A stretch of DNA of 64,000 bases from an uncultured Gammaproteobacteria bacterium. Its GTDB lineage: Bacteria; Patescibacteriota; Patescibacteriia; Patescibacteriales; UBA12075. The notes under the pieces are model-generated. The model saw only the letters and a program-made list of their open reading frames with translations. It searched no databases and was not told the origin of the DNA. The position numbers and the translations under genes were made by a program. Positions 9,332 to 18,500 of the stretch are shown here, one piece after another. The stretch's first letter is position 1. Every line of letters begins with the position of its first letter. The stretch is taken from assembly GCA_964459725.1 (NCBI GenBank), contig CAYWNT010000004.1:57045-121044 (forward strand), read 5' to 3'.

Positions 9332-9619
9332 ATGAAAAGGAGTAAAAGTGTCGCAAAATCATTTTTGATGTTAACCAGAATAAGTATTATTTTGGCAGCT
9401 TTGTCTCTCGTTTTTGATCTTTATGTTGGAAAAGGGTATTTGTTTTTGATTTCTGCTTTGTTGCTTATTGCGCTTTCAGTTTTTCAGGAGCTCAGCAGAA
9501 CGGTGGAGAGTAATTACAAAAGAAATTCACTGACCAGAGTTCCTGCTTGGTATAATTATTGGAGAACCAAGGTCCAGAGATTAAATCCGATAAATGTTGT
9601 TAATGAGGTCAGGTCATGA
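9332..9619 (+). CDS. small two-TM protein, paralogue 1 of 3 (short form)
   Basis: GGAGGTGAGG SD. C-terminal VPAWYNYWRTKVQRLNPINVVNEV matches the tails of the next two ORFs. Confidence 0.55.
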   Translation: MKRSKSVAKSFLMLTRISIILAALSLVFDLYVGKGYLFLISALLLIALSVFQELSRTVESNYKRNSLTRVPAWYNYWRTKVQRLNPINVVNEVRS

Positions 9620-10128
9620 ATAGTTCGCGAGATGAAGGAGTAGTTTATCGTTCAATTAATCGGATGTTTTTCATTTTTTTAGTTGTATCAATGGTAATAA
9701 CAATGTCGACCGTAATTAAAATCATCCCATTGGCTTTTTTTTCTTCTTGTCTTATTACTTTAGTTTTTGGACTTCTTGGTCATTCTGCGTTTAGCTTTGT
9801 TAAAAAAGTAACAGATTTGAAAAAGAAAATTAATAAGAATCAAAAAAAGCTAGAAGAGATAGATGGTTTGTTGGAGCTGGAAGATGATTTGCTAGAAGTG
9901 CATTCTAGTATTGAAATTCAAGTTGGTAGTTTTAAATTTTACAGGACGGATGAGATACCTTTGGAATTTGTCAGGTACATGTTGTTAAACAAGAGAGAAG
10001 CGCTGGTTGGCATTAATGAAGCAAAACAATTAACTTATCTTAAGGAGCCTTGGTTTTTTAACTTTTGGAGAACTAGGATTTTAAAACTTGAGCCGATAAA
10101 ATGTATTAGTAATGAGGTTATGTCATGA
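9616..10128 (+). CDS. small two-TM protein, paralogue 2 of 3
   Basis: ATGA overlap with the upstream stop. Tail KEPWFFNFWRTRILKLEPIKCISNEV. Central LLELEDDLLE segment shared with paralogue 3. Confidence 0.55.
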   Translation: MNSSRDEGVVYRSINRMFFIFLVVSMVITMSTVIKIIPLAFFSSCLITLVFGLLGHSAFSFVKKVTDLKKKINKNQKKLEEIDGLLELEDDLLEVHSSIEIQVGSFKFYRTDEIPLEFVRYMLLNKREALVGINEAKQLTYLKEPWFFNFWRTRILKLEPIKCISNEVMS

Positions 10129-10622
10129 TAGTTGGCTATAGCAAAAACGAGGTGGCATTATCATTTCTTAGATTGATTATGATTTTATTTGTGCTTACAG
10201 TTTTTTCTTGTTTTGTCTTTTTGACTACAGTGCCCATTGCAATAATTCCAAGTTATTTTCTTTTTTGGATGATTTTATTCACCATGTTCGGAAGTTATAG
10301 TACTAAAAAGGATGAACTTATTTTTAGTAGAGATAATAAAGTTAGAAAAAAACAAAAAGCAATTAGCAAAATGGATGAGCTATTAGTTCTGGATGACGAT
10401 CAACTCGAGCAAGAAATCCAAGTCAAAATTTTTATTGGAGAATTTTCTTGTAAAAAGAATAATAAAAAAGAGCTTGTGAATTTTGCAAGGATGCAATTAT
10501 CTAAAATGAGAAACCAGGAAAAAGACGAAATTGAAGTGCTCGAAAATAAGCCCATTGAAAAAGAGCCATGGCTTAATTGCTTTTGGCGAAGATGGGTGTT
10601 AGCATCTCCTAAGGTTTTTTAA
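10125..10622 (+). CDS. small two-TM protein, paralogue 3 of 3
   Basis: ATGA overlap with the upstream stop; tail KEPWLNCFWRRWVL; central LLVLDDDQLE. Confidence 0.55.
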   Translation: MIVGYSKNEVALSFLRLIMILFVLTVFSCFVFLTTVPIAIIPSYFLFWMILFTMFGSYSTKKDELIFSRDNKVRKKQKAISKMDELLVLDDDQLEQEIQVKIFIGEFSCKKNNKKELVNFARMQLSKMRNQEKDEIEVLENKPIEKEPWLNCFWRRWVLASPKVF

Positions 10623-10631
10623 AGAAACTTG

Positions 10632-10669
10632 CAAGGGTGTCCGAAACGGATGCCCTTGTTTTATTTTTT
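10632..10669 (+). terminator. intrinsic terminator after the paralogue triplet
   Basis: 12-bp stem CAAGGGTGTCCG AAA CGGATGCCCTTG (two G-U pairs) followed by TTTTATTTTTT. Confidence 0.75.
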
Positions 10670-10696
10670 GACAAAATCCTTAATAATTATTAAGAT
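10668..10696 (+). promoter_or_regulatory. sigma70-like promoter of the 10782 operon
   Basis: TTGACA (10668-10673), 17-nt spacer, TAAGAT (10691-10696). Confidence 0.4.
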
Positions 10697-10703
10697 TTGA
10701 ACA

Positions 10704-10758
10704 CTAATTCTGTTGATCAGAGTTAGTCGGTCTTTTTAATAGCTCTGTTGATCAGGGC
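10704..10758 (+). promoter_or_regulatory. twin leader stem-loops with identical apex CTGTTGATCAG
   Basis: Hairpin 1 at 10704-10726 (9 bp, loop TTGAT). Hairpin 2 at 10742-10758 (6 bp, same loop). They share the 12-mer TCTGTTGATCAG. Located between the promoter and the SD of the 10782 gene. Confidence 0.5.
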
Positions 10759-10781
10759 GAAAAACAAAAGGAGAATTTGTC

Positions 10782-11951
10782 ATGAGATCAGATGAAGAGA
10801 GAAAAGAGGACATGTTGACGTTGAGAGAATTGATCGGGCCATATGGCTGGGTACTGGATCACCCTATACTACGTGAGATCGTTATAGCTGCACCATCACC
10901 AAAATCTGCTGATGCTTATATTGTTAAGCAATTTGATGGTTATGAGCATAAAAATGAGCTAGCCAAAGCGGTCAGATGTGCTGTAAGGATTCGAGACAAA
11001 GCCAGGAGCAAAGGGGAGAACACCTGGAGAGAAATGCTTAAGACACCGGTGGGACATAGTTTTTCTGATATGTTTTTATTTCGAGCTCCGACAAAATTTG
11101 AATCCATAGCTGGTGATAAAATTCTTCTTGCTACTGGCATCAAATTTTTCCCTGAAGAGGAAAAGGCTATCGATTGCTCTGATTGGCCATTCTTGTTGCG
11201 AGAATTTAGATTTGGCGACAAGGGATCAAGTGTTGACAGTGGGCGGGGCAAAAATAGTTTTACAGAAAAGCACGAATTAAATGAGCGTTTTCTTCAGTGC
11301 AACAGAGTGTCAAAGTCAGAAAGTCTTAATGGGGAGTATTCTTTTAAAATTCGTGTTGATGATCATGGAAGTTTAAAGAAAATGACAAAATACAACATTT
11401 TCGTCAAAGGTCTGGGAATCTCAGGATGTATTGTAAAATTACTTCCTCAAGCAAGAGAAGAGTACCCCCGGTTTTATAAGGTTATTTCTATTTGTGACAA
11501 AGAGTATATCCCAAAAAGACATACGATTGATATTATTTTCCCAATAGATGCTTACAATGATAAGGAAGGCGGCACCTTGGTTTTTCGAAAAGATATTGGG
11601 CTTTCCGACGATCAAATTTGTGGTAGCGTACATAGTTTGTTGGGCACCTTGGAATTAGAATTTGAATTTGGTAATAATTTTAAACTGATGCCAAAGGGTT
11701 CTCAGGGGCCAACGTCACCTGTTAGTTATATTCAAATTCGTAATATTGCCGGACAACCAGAACTATTGTTTCAGAAAAATCTCAAATCTGCTGAAGATGA
11801 GCATGTTCGTGATTCAATATCAGAGCTTCATACGAATTTTATGTCAGCTTGGGAGCATTGTATTAAAAATCGAATTGATTTATTTCAGGTTGCCGGAGAT
11901 GAGGTCATCAATAACCCTCCCGAAACTTTGCTGGATCTTTTTACGGGTTAA
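10782..11951 (+). CDS. hypothetical protein (389 aa, no recognised domain)
   Basis: AAGGAG SD 8 nt upstream of the ATG; long ORF with coding-like composition. Confidence 0.6.
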   Translation: MRSDEERKEDMLTLRELIGPYGWVLDHPILREIVIAAPSPKSADAYIVKQFDGYEHKNELAKAVRCAVRIRDKARSKGENTWREMLKTPVGHSFSDMFLFRAPTKFESIAGDKILLATGIKFFPEEEKAIDCSDWPFLLREFRFGDKGSSVDSGRGKNSFTEKHELNERFLQCNRVSKSESLNGEYSFKIRVDDHGSLKKMTKYNIFVKGLGISGCIVKLLPQAREEYPRFYKVISICDKEYIPKRHTIDIIFPIDAYNDKEGGTLVFRKDIGLSDDQICGSVHSLLGTLELEFEFGNNFKLMPKGSQGPTSPVSYIQIRNIAGQPELLFQKNLKSAEDEHVRDSISELHTNFMSAWEHCIKNRIDLFQVAGDEVINNPPETLLDLFTG

Positions 11952-11972
11952 TTAATTATAGAGAGGTGTAAG

Positions 11973-12323
11973 ATGAGCTCTGCAGAAGAGTTTTTTCAAA
12001 GTTTCAATGGTGGCCAGTTAGAAATACAGAATTTGACCGAGGGATATATTTATCGTGGAGAGATTTCAAAAATTGCCATCGACAAGCACCAATTAAACAC
12101 AATGTTTAATTGGTGCGCAAAAGGCATTGGATTTCCACCAACTAAGTGGGTTAAAGACGAAAAAAATAGTCATAAGGTATCCTTGGCAGAAGCCGTAGCA
12201 AGCAACAAGAAGGGGTCGCTTGTGATAGACACAGGCCCCACCTTAAAAGAATTACTTATTTTTTACCCGCCAGGAGAAAGCGATTTCGATCCTGAAAAAG
12301 TAAAAGGATTGGACACAAAATAA
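11973..12323 (+). CDS. hypothetical protein (116 aa)
   Basis: GAGAGG SD; immediately downstream of the 10782 gene and followed by a strong terminator. Confidence 0.5.
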   Translation: MSSAEEFFQSFNGGQLEIQNLTEGYIYRGEISKIAIDKHQLNTMFNWCAKGIGFPPTKWVKDEKNSHKVSLAEAVASNKKGSLVIDTGPTLKELLIFYPPGESDFDPEKVKGLDTK

Positions 12324-12337
12324 ATAGATAAAAAAGC

Positions 12338-12380
12338 AAAAGTGTTCTCTCAGAAAAAATTCTGAGAGAACACTTTTTTA
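12338..12380. terminator. bidirectional intrinsic terminator
   Basis: Perfect 14-bp stem AGTGTTCTCTCAGA / TCTGAGAGAACACT, with an A-run 5' and TTTTTT 3'. Sits between convergent genes. Confidence 0.85.
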
Positions 12381-12458
12381 TTTTCAGAAAATACTAAATC
12401 CATTTTATCGGGCAAGCATAGCACATTCCATAGAATGTGCTATGTTATCTTTAGTTTT

Positions 12459-12896
12459 TTATTTCACAATGTTTTTTCTTTTTGTTGGTTTAATATAAAT
12501 CACTTTCTTTATTATTGAGATTAAGTTTTGGAATTTTCTTTTAATTTCTTCTTTTTTTATTTTTTCTATTAAAATCCCAATCCCATAAAAAATCATAAAA
12601 TAAAAAAATATACTTAAAACATAATATATTACTGAAAGAAATAAATCATACGAATCAAGCCCTTTTAAATTTTTAGGAACTGGAAACATGTCTGCAAAAA
12701 TATTAAACATAGGCTGAATAATTGGTTCCAGAATATCAGAAACAAATAGAAATAATGGCCAAAATGGAATCATTAAATAATAAATACTTTCTTCTGATAA
12801 AGTGCTTATAACAAGTGCAAAAGATATTGCGCTTAAAATTACACCTAGCAATAATCCAATATATCCAATTTTTAATGCAAATGAATTTTTTTTCAT
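12459..12896 (-). CDS. multi-TM membrane protein (candidate orphan immunity protein)
   Basis: 145 aa, about 4 TM. Extremely AT-rich. Last gene of the minus-strand RHS cluster. Confidence 0.45.
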   Translation of the reverse strand: MKKNSFALKIGYIGLLLGVILSAISFALVISTLSEESIYYLMIPFWPLFLFVSDILEPIIQPMFNIFADMFPVPKNLKGLDSYDLFLSVIYYVLSIFFYFMIFYGIGILIEKIKKEEIKRKFQNLISIIKKVIYIKPTKRKNIVK

Positions 12897-12914
12897 ATTA
12901 CTTTAATTGTTATT

Positions 12915-13700
12915 TTATTTGTTAATTTTATTCCATTTTTTCAATACACGAATTAAGAAGACAATAGAAATTATTGCACCTATAACAAATAAACATATAC
13001 CCAATATAAAAGTAAATGCTGTATTAAATCCAGTTGTATAATATATGGCATACGATACATAGCACAATAAAAAAGACGCTATAAAGTTAACCGAAGAACA
13101 GACACTAGCTTTTTTTAAATTTTTTCTAAAATTTTCTTTACAAATAATTTCTTTCCTAATTTTAATATCTTTTTTGCCATTTACTATATCAAAAAATAAT
13201 TTCACACTCATGCTTTGAGCTATAAAATATAAAATAAGCCCAATAGGAGACAAAATAACAGAAAAAATTAAAATAATACCAGTTACAAAAAACAAAGAAT
13301 TTTTACAGATCCTTTTGCCTAGTACGTCTTCTAAATAAAGCAATCTGTTGGCTCTGATAAGTTCAAATGATAACAAACCAATTAAAGCTAAAGGGATAAT
13401 AAGACCTATATCATCATAGATGTATTTAGTTCCAATTCTGATTAACAATAAAAATAAAACAAATATTAATACATATAATTGAGACATCCTTGTAAACTGT
13501 GTATTTTTTATTGCCTTTCCAATAAGAACAAATCCATATAAGTAAATTGCTGAAAATACAATACAAGCAAAAACAATAATATCAATTAATCCAATTTTAT
13601 TTAAAGGGTATATAAAGAAAATGGTTATTCCAAATATCAATAACAATATTATTGATACAATCCCAGACCATGCTGAAATTTTCAAATTGTTAATTTTCAT
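12915..13700 (-). CDS. multi-TM membrane protein (candidate orphan immunity protein)
   Basis: 261 aa, about 7-8 TM helices; extremely AT-rich. Confidence 0.5.
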   Translation of the reverse strand: MKINNLKISAWSGIVSIILLLIFGITIFFIYPLNKIGLIDIIVFACIVFSAIYLYGFVLIGKAIKNTQFTRMSQLYVLIFVLFLLLIRIGTKYIYDDIGLIIPLALIGLLSFELIRANRLLYLEDVLGKRICKNSLFFVTGIILIFSVILSPIGLILYFIAQSMSVKLFFDIVNGKKDIKIRKEIICKENFRKNLKKASVCSSVNFIASFLLCYVSYAIYYTTGFNTAFTFILGICLFVIGAIISIVFLIRVLKKWNKINK

Positions 13701-13725
13701 AATTATTTGTTTTTGTGTTGTATTT

Positions 13726-14199
13726 TTATTTATTTTCTAGTGTTGAGGGTGTTTCTTTGCTACCATCCTTCTTTTTTTGTATAAAACAATATATTGCCAT
13801 TAATATTAAGAATAGTATAAAAATACAAATATACATATGTATAATGTCACTATTTTGGTTAAATATTTTGTCAGATAAGTATATTCCCAATAAGAACGAA
13901 ATTAAAATATTTAATAAAATTAATTTATGATTCCATAATTTTAAATATTTTCTTTCCGCACCCTTTAAAAAGAATGCAGCAATTATTAGTTCAATAATAG
14001 AAAGTAGCCAAAACATGGCAAGTCCTAAAATAAAACCTGTTATAAAACTTTCAAAACCACTCGAGCTACACCATTCACACGTGTCACCACAATTATAACA
14101 GACACTTATCCACGTTATTCCCATTCCCGATGCGTTAATAAGTAAGATCACTAAATAACTTCCAATAAAATTTAAAGTTAATTTAATTTTTTTAGTCAT
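13726..14199 (-). CDS. multi-TM membrane protein with CYNCGDTCEWC loop (candidate immunity protein for the orphan toxin)
   Basis: 157 aa, 4 TM. Directly downstream (28 nt) of the orphan toxin tip. Confidence 0.5.
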   Translation of the reverse strand: MTKKIKLTLNFIGSYLVILLINASGMGITWISVCYNCGDTCEWCSSSGFESFITGFILGLAMFWLLSIIELIIAAFFLKGAERKYLKLWNHKLILLNILISFLLGIYLSDKIFNQNSDIIHMYICIFILFLILMAIYCFIQKKKDGSKETPSTLENK

Positions 14200-14226
14200 A
14201 TTGTTTTATTACAGTTAGTTAATTAG

Positions 14227-15190
14227 TTACTCAGAATTTTCTGTGTAAGGATTGGTGTAAGTATACGGATTAGAATTATTTCGACTTTGCCCTGTTGTAT
14301 AAATATCATTTGGAGGACCACTAAAACCAGCACCGGGAGGCGAATTTGTAATTGATGGAATTTTACTGGTCCTTCCTGGCATAGCTGCAGTATATGGATC
14401 AACTTCATTTGGGAGTTCATCAGCACCAGCTGCTTCTAAAAGGGAGTTAGTAAATGCGTTGCAATTTTCTCCCCAATTTTCTCCTATAGATAAAGAATTG
14501 TATTCACCACTTTCAAAATTTTCGTATGCATCTAGAATTGAATAAATAAATAATGTATCATTGCCATCTGGCGCACTTATCTCTATTGATTTAAACTCTT
14601 GCCCTTCTTTCATATTGATGTCAGAATTGTCATTAATAGCTCCCCCGAGAGTGTCGTTACGATCATATCCGCCTAATGTAAATGTAAAATTTGAATCAGC
14701 ATCCATTCCAAAATGTTCAGGATTATCAGGGGTAATTCTCAAAAATGTGTGAACCCCTAATTTGCCAAGAACTGGAATGTTTAATGCTCTTGAAACAACT
14801 TCTACCCTTCCCCTGTAGGGTCAATATGCTTTAATGGATTATTTGCTACATAACTATATGAATTTTGCTCCTGAGGTTTTGTTAGTAAGTCCTTATTAGG
14901 TACTAACGTTATAGGATCTATACTTAAAAATTTTCCAACAGCAGCATTCTGATATCTCGCCTTCATATAATTCAACCCAGTATCCCCATCATGCTCATGC
15001 CCAGTAAACTTCCTCTGCTCATCAAATCCACCTTCCTTCTCATCCAGTCTAACATCCCCAAAAGGATAATAATCAAGTAGCTGCACCAAACTACCACTCT
15101 CATCAGTAATCACACTAGAACCACCTAAATGATCAGTGTGGGTGTAGTATGTAGAAGTACCATTATCACTTATCTCTATTGTAGCAATAA
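14227..15190 (-). pseudogene. orphan RHS C-terminal cassette (core-end homology arm plus diverged toxin domain), frameshifted
   Basis: It starts right after the immunity-gene stop with no start codon of its own. 15040-15190 is near-identical in nucleotides to 16340-16490 of the main gene (ATIEISDNGTSTYYTHTDHLGGSSVITDE.GSLVQLLDYYPFGDVRLDEK). The frame breaks after DPTGEG* at 14802. The toxin domain continues in another frame (track ORFs 14802..15113 and 14227..14742). Confidence 0.75.
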
Positions 15191-15194
15191 ATTG

Positions 15195-15521
15195 TTATCC
15201 TTCTCTACCAAATAGTATTTCTGTTATTGTGTTTTTCTTAAATTCTATAAAACAGAAAATTCCGTTTTTATCACTAAACTGCATAATGCGTTTTGAGCCA
15301 GACTGATACATTGAATCACTACTCGAAAAATTAGGGTTATTAAAATATGGAGACATTATATTTTTTGCCTCATCATAATTCATGCCTTTATGTAATTGCT
15401 TGTTACATGGGTTGTAAAGAGGGCTAAAATAATGATAGGTATTAAACCAAGCTATTGCAACAATAATTAACAATCCTATCACAATTAAAAAGCTTAGTAA
15501 TATTTTTTTAGATTTAGTCAT
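15195..15521 (-). CDS. putative cognate immunity protein (N-terminal TM anchor)
   Basis: 108 aa. Its start overlaps the RHS stop by 8 nt (translational coupling). This is the position expected for rhsI. Confidence 0.6.
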   Translation of the reverse strand: MTKSKKILLSFLIVIGLLIIVAIAWFNTYHYFSPLYNPCNKQLHKGMNYDEAKNIMSPYFNNPNFSSSDSMYQSGSKRIMQFSDKNGIFCFIEFKKNTITEILFGREG

Positions 15522-18500
15522 GCTTTTTTGATTTAAAGAAATTAATAATTTTATTCCAAAGTCCTTGAGCCTTTTCTTTGTTTGTATCTATTGGGTTGTT
15601 AGACTTAGATGTTGATTTTGAACTTTGATTTGAGTTGTTATTGACCATTCCCGGGATTGATTCTCCTAATCCAGGGCTTGCACCAGTAGGTTTAAAATCA
15701 CCTGGTATCTTGCCACCAGCCCCCTCAACTAAAGAGGTGGTGTAATTATGACAGTTTCGACCATTGGCATTGAAAGAAACTGTATTATAATCTTGTTCAG
15801 GTGCGTTTTTGTGAACTTCTAGTATCTTGTTAATAAACTTAGTATCTGCCTTGGGGTCATTATTATCACCATATGGGTTATCAACAATATCATGATCCTG
15901 AACTCTTGCAGAATTTAAATCTTTTATATCAGTGCCATAGTTTACTTTGCCTTGAAGCATATCATTAATATCCTGTCCGCTAATAGTGAAAGATGTTTCT
16001 CCTTTTTCTAAATAATCCTGAAATTTTCCTGGTTCAAGTGGTGTTATAAGTAAATAACTATGCGAGCCCACCTTGTCAGTTACTTCTAAATCTTTTGCCG
16101 CTACCTCTACTTTAGTCCCGGTGGGGTCATAATAGTATATTGGATTATTACGAGAATAGTTATACTTATTTAATGTCTGAGGATCAAATCTGTTTCCACC
16201 CCATGGATCTTTTGAAATAAATAATCCTGTTTTAGGATTTTGATAACGAGCCTTCATATAGTTCAAACTGGTATCATCATCATGCTCATGCCCAGTATAT
16301 TTATGTTTTTCATCAAAATTCCCTTGTTTTTCATCCAACCTCACATCCCCAAAAGGATAATAATCAAGTAGCTGCACTAAACTCCCATTCTCATCAGTAA
16401 TCACACTAGACCCACCCAAATGATCAGTGTGGGTGTAGTATGTAGAAGTCCCATTATCACTTATTTCTATTGTAGCAATTAAATTACTTCCAGCATAGAC
16501 ATGTTTAGTGCTTGTACCAGTACTGGATATATTGTATAACTTGTTAGGATAGTAAGTAGTAATACCACCATCAGAATAGCTAACCCTGTTCACATCATGG
16601 TCATAGCCATAGTCTACAGTCAGACCTCCGTTATTTGAACTAACAAGTCTATTCCTATAATCCCAATCATGCGTCCAAACACTATCACTCACCATATTCC
16701 CGTTATTGTCATAACCATACCCAACTCCGTTAACACTAGTCACTGCATGAGGATTATTGTATCCGTTGTCAGTGTAGACATAATTACCCTGATCAGATTT
16801 GTTTAGTATATTACCAATAGCATTGTAAGCATAGGTCCTTAAATAATCCTGATTGTTAATCGCATTACTACTAGATGCTCGTGTTAAACGATACAAATCA
16901 TCATAGTCAAACAAAACAGTCTTAGCGCTATTCATCTCTGAAGTATCTTCAATACGAATAATGTTTCCAACTTCATCATAGAAATAGCTAAAGTTCTGTA
17001 ATATCGGTGTCATGGTAAAGCTGGATGTACTAGCACTCCAGATACCTTCTTCCATTTTGTCATCCCAGAACTTAATACGCCAGTAATACGTAGTATTAGT
17101 ATCCAGCTCATTTCCCGCATAAGTAATATCTCCTATCCTTTCACCAGACATGGTAGTGCTAGCCAAAGCAGTCTGACCACTATCCCATATCAGAGATTCC
17201 CAAACATCACTAGAAGTAGATACCTGAATCTGATAGTGCATAGCCAGGTCACCCCCATCCTGATCATTGTAGACGGCAGAGAGTTCCGGGGTGAAGTCTT
17301 TGACGTTTCCCGGATTGGTTTCACCCTCAACCAAGAGATCAGTAGGGCCTTCCGGAGCAGCTCCGGCATCTGATGACATTGTAAAGAAAGCCGTACTAGT
17401 ACTCCAGTCTCCCTCGGCATCTTTGTCATCCCAGAACTTAACACGCCAGTAGTAAGTAGAACCGTCTAGCTCAAGCGGAGTTGAGCTGCCGTATAAAATA
17501 TTTGAGCTTCTTTCTCCTTCGTTAATGGCTGAAATGGAAGTCTTGCCGCTGTCCCAAATCAAAGTATCCCAAGTCGGGTTTGTTTGACTCACCTGAATTT
17601 GGTAGTGCAACGCTTGATCTTCTGAGTTCGGATCGTTGTAAATTGCAGAGAATTCTGGAGTTATATTTCTGACTGAGCCAGGATTTTCCTGACTCTCTGT
17701 TTGTAGTTCAGTAGGTGGGGTTGGTTCGGCAGTGAGAGTATAGTTTATTTCCAGATAAGGATCCTTGTCAGTTCCGACTTGTTCTGAATGATAGAAATAC
17801 ATGAAATTTCTTTGAGTATTAGAAAGGTTGGGGGTGTCATCCTCTGCGTCATGCCCCTCTCTTAGTCCCAGATTGGTCCAGCCGGTTTTGGAGATCCAGT
17901 TGAGTCCTGTGCTATTTAGATTAAAAGGCACGTATTGATTAATGTCCATGCTTGATATATCCTTCCTCTCGCCAGGGTTTATTCCCTCGACCGGATTATG
18001 TACTGATCCGCACTGGTCATAGTCGTCTACTGATAGACTTGTTGAGCTGGCCTGGAAAGACTGGACTACAGTAGCGTAATCCTTGCCGTCATTATCGTGG
18101 ATAGTTCTGTTGTAGACATAGATGTTCATTGTAGCTGAATCTATGGTAGCCTGCTCGGTAAGAAAAGAGGTGTCAAAGGTAAAATACCCTCTGTTGATCT
18201 GGATTTTACCGGTTCTGCCTTTGTATATTCCTATTCTATTTTTGTAGAGCATGTAGCCAGTGTTATAGTGGTGAGCTGTATTCCAGTTTGTGTTTTGGTG
18301 AAGTATGGTGCCATCCCCGCCCTCGTCTGAATAAGGGCTGATTATAGCGTCAGTTCTTACCGGATAGGTGGCAGTCCTTAGCCATTCGACAGGAAGTTTT
18401 TTAGTCAGATATATTCCATCATTTTCTTTTCTATATTCTATTTCAATGCTTGTTACATCATCTGTATCATCGATTGCTATCGGCGCCCAAATATAGGAAA

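Noticed and set aside
12459-15190. A mobile genetic element or prophage remnant as an explanation for the AT-rich island
   Set aside because: No transposase, integrase, recombinase, terminal inverted repeats or flanking tRNA were recognised. The orphan rhs-CT architecture explains the region better.
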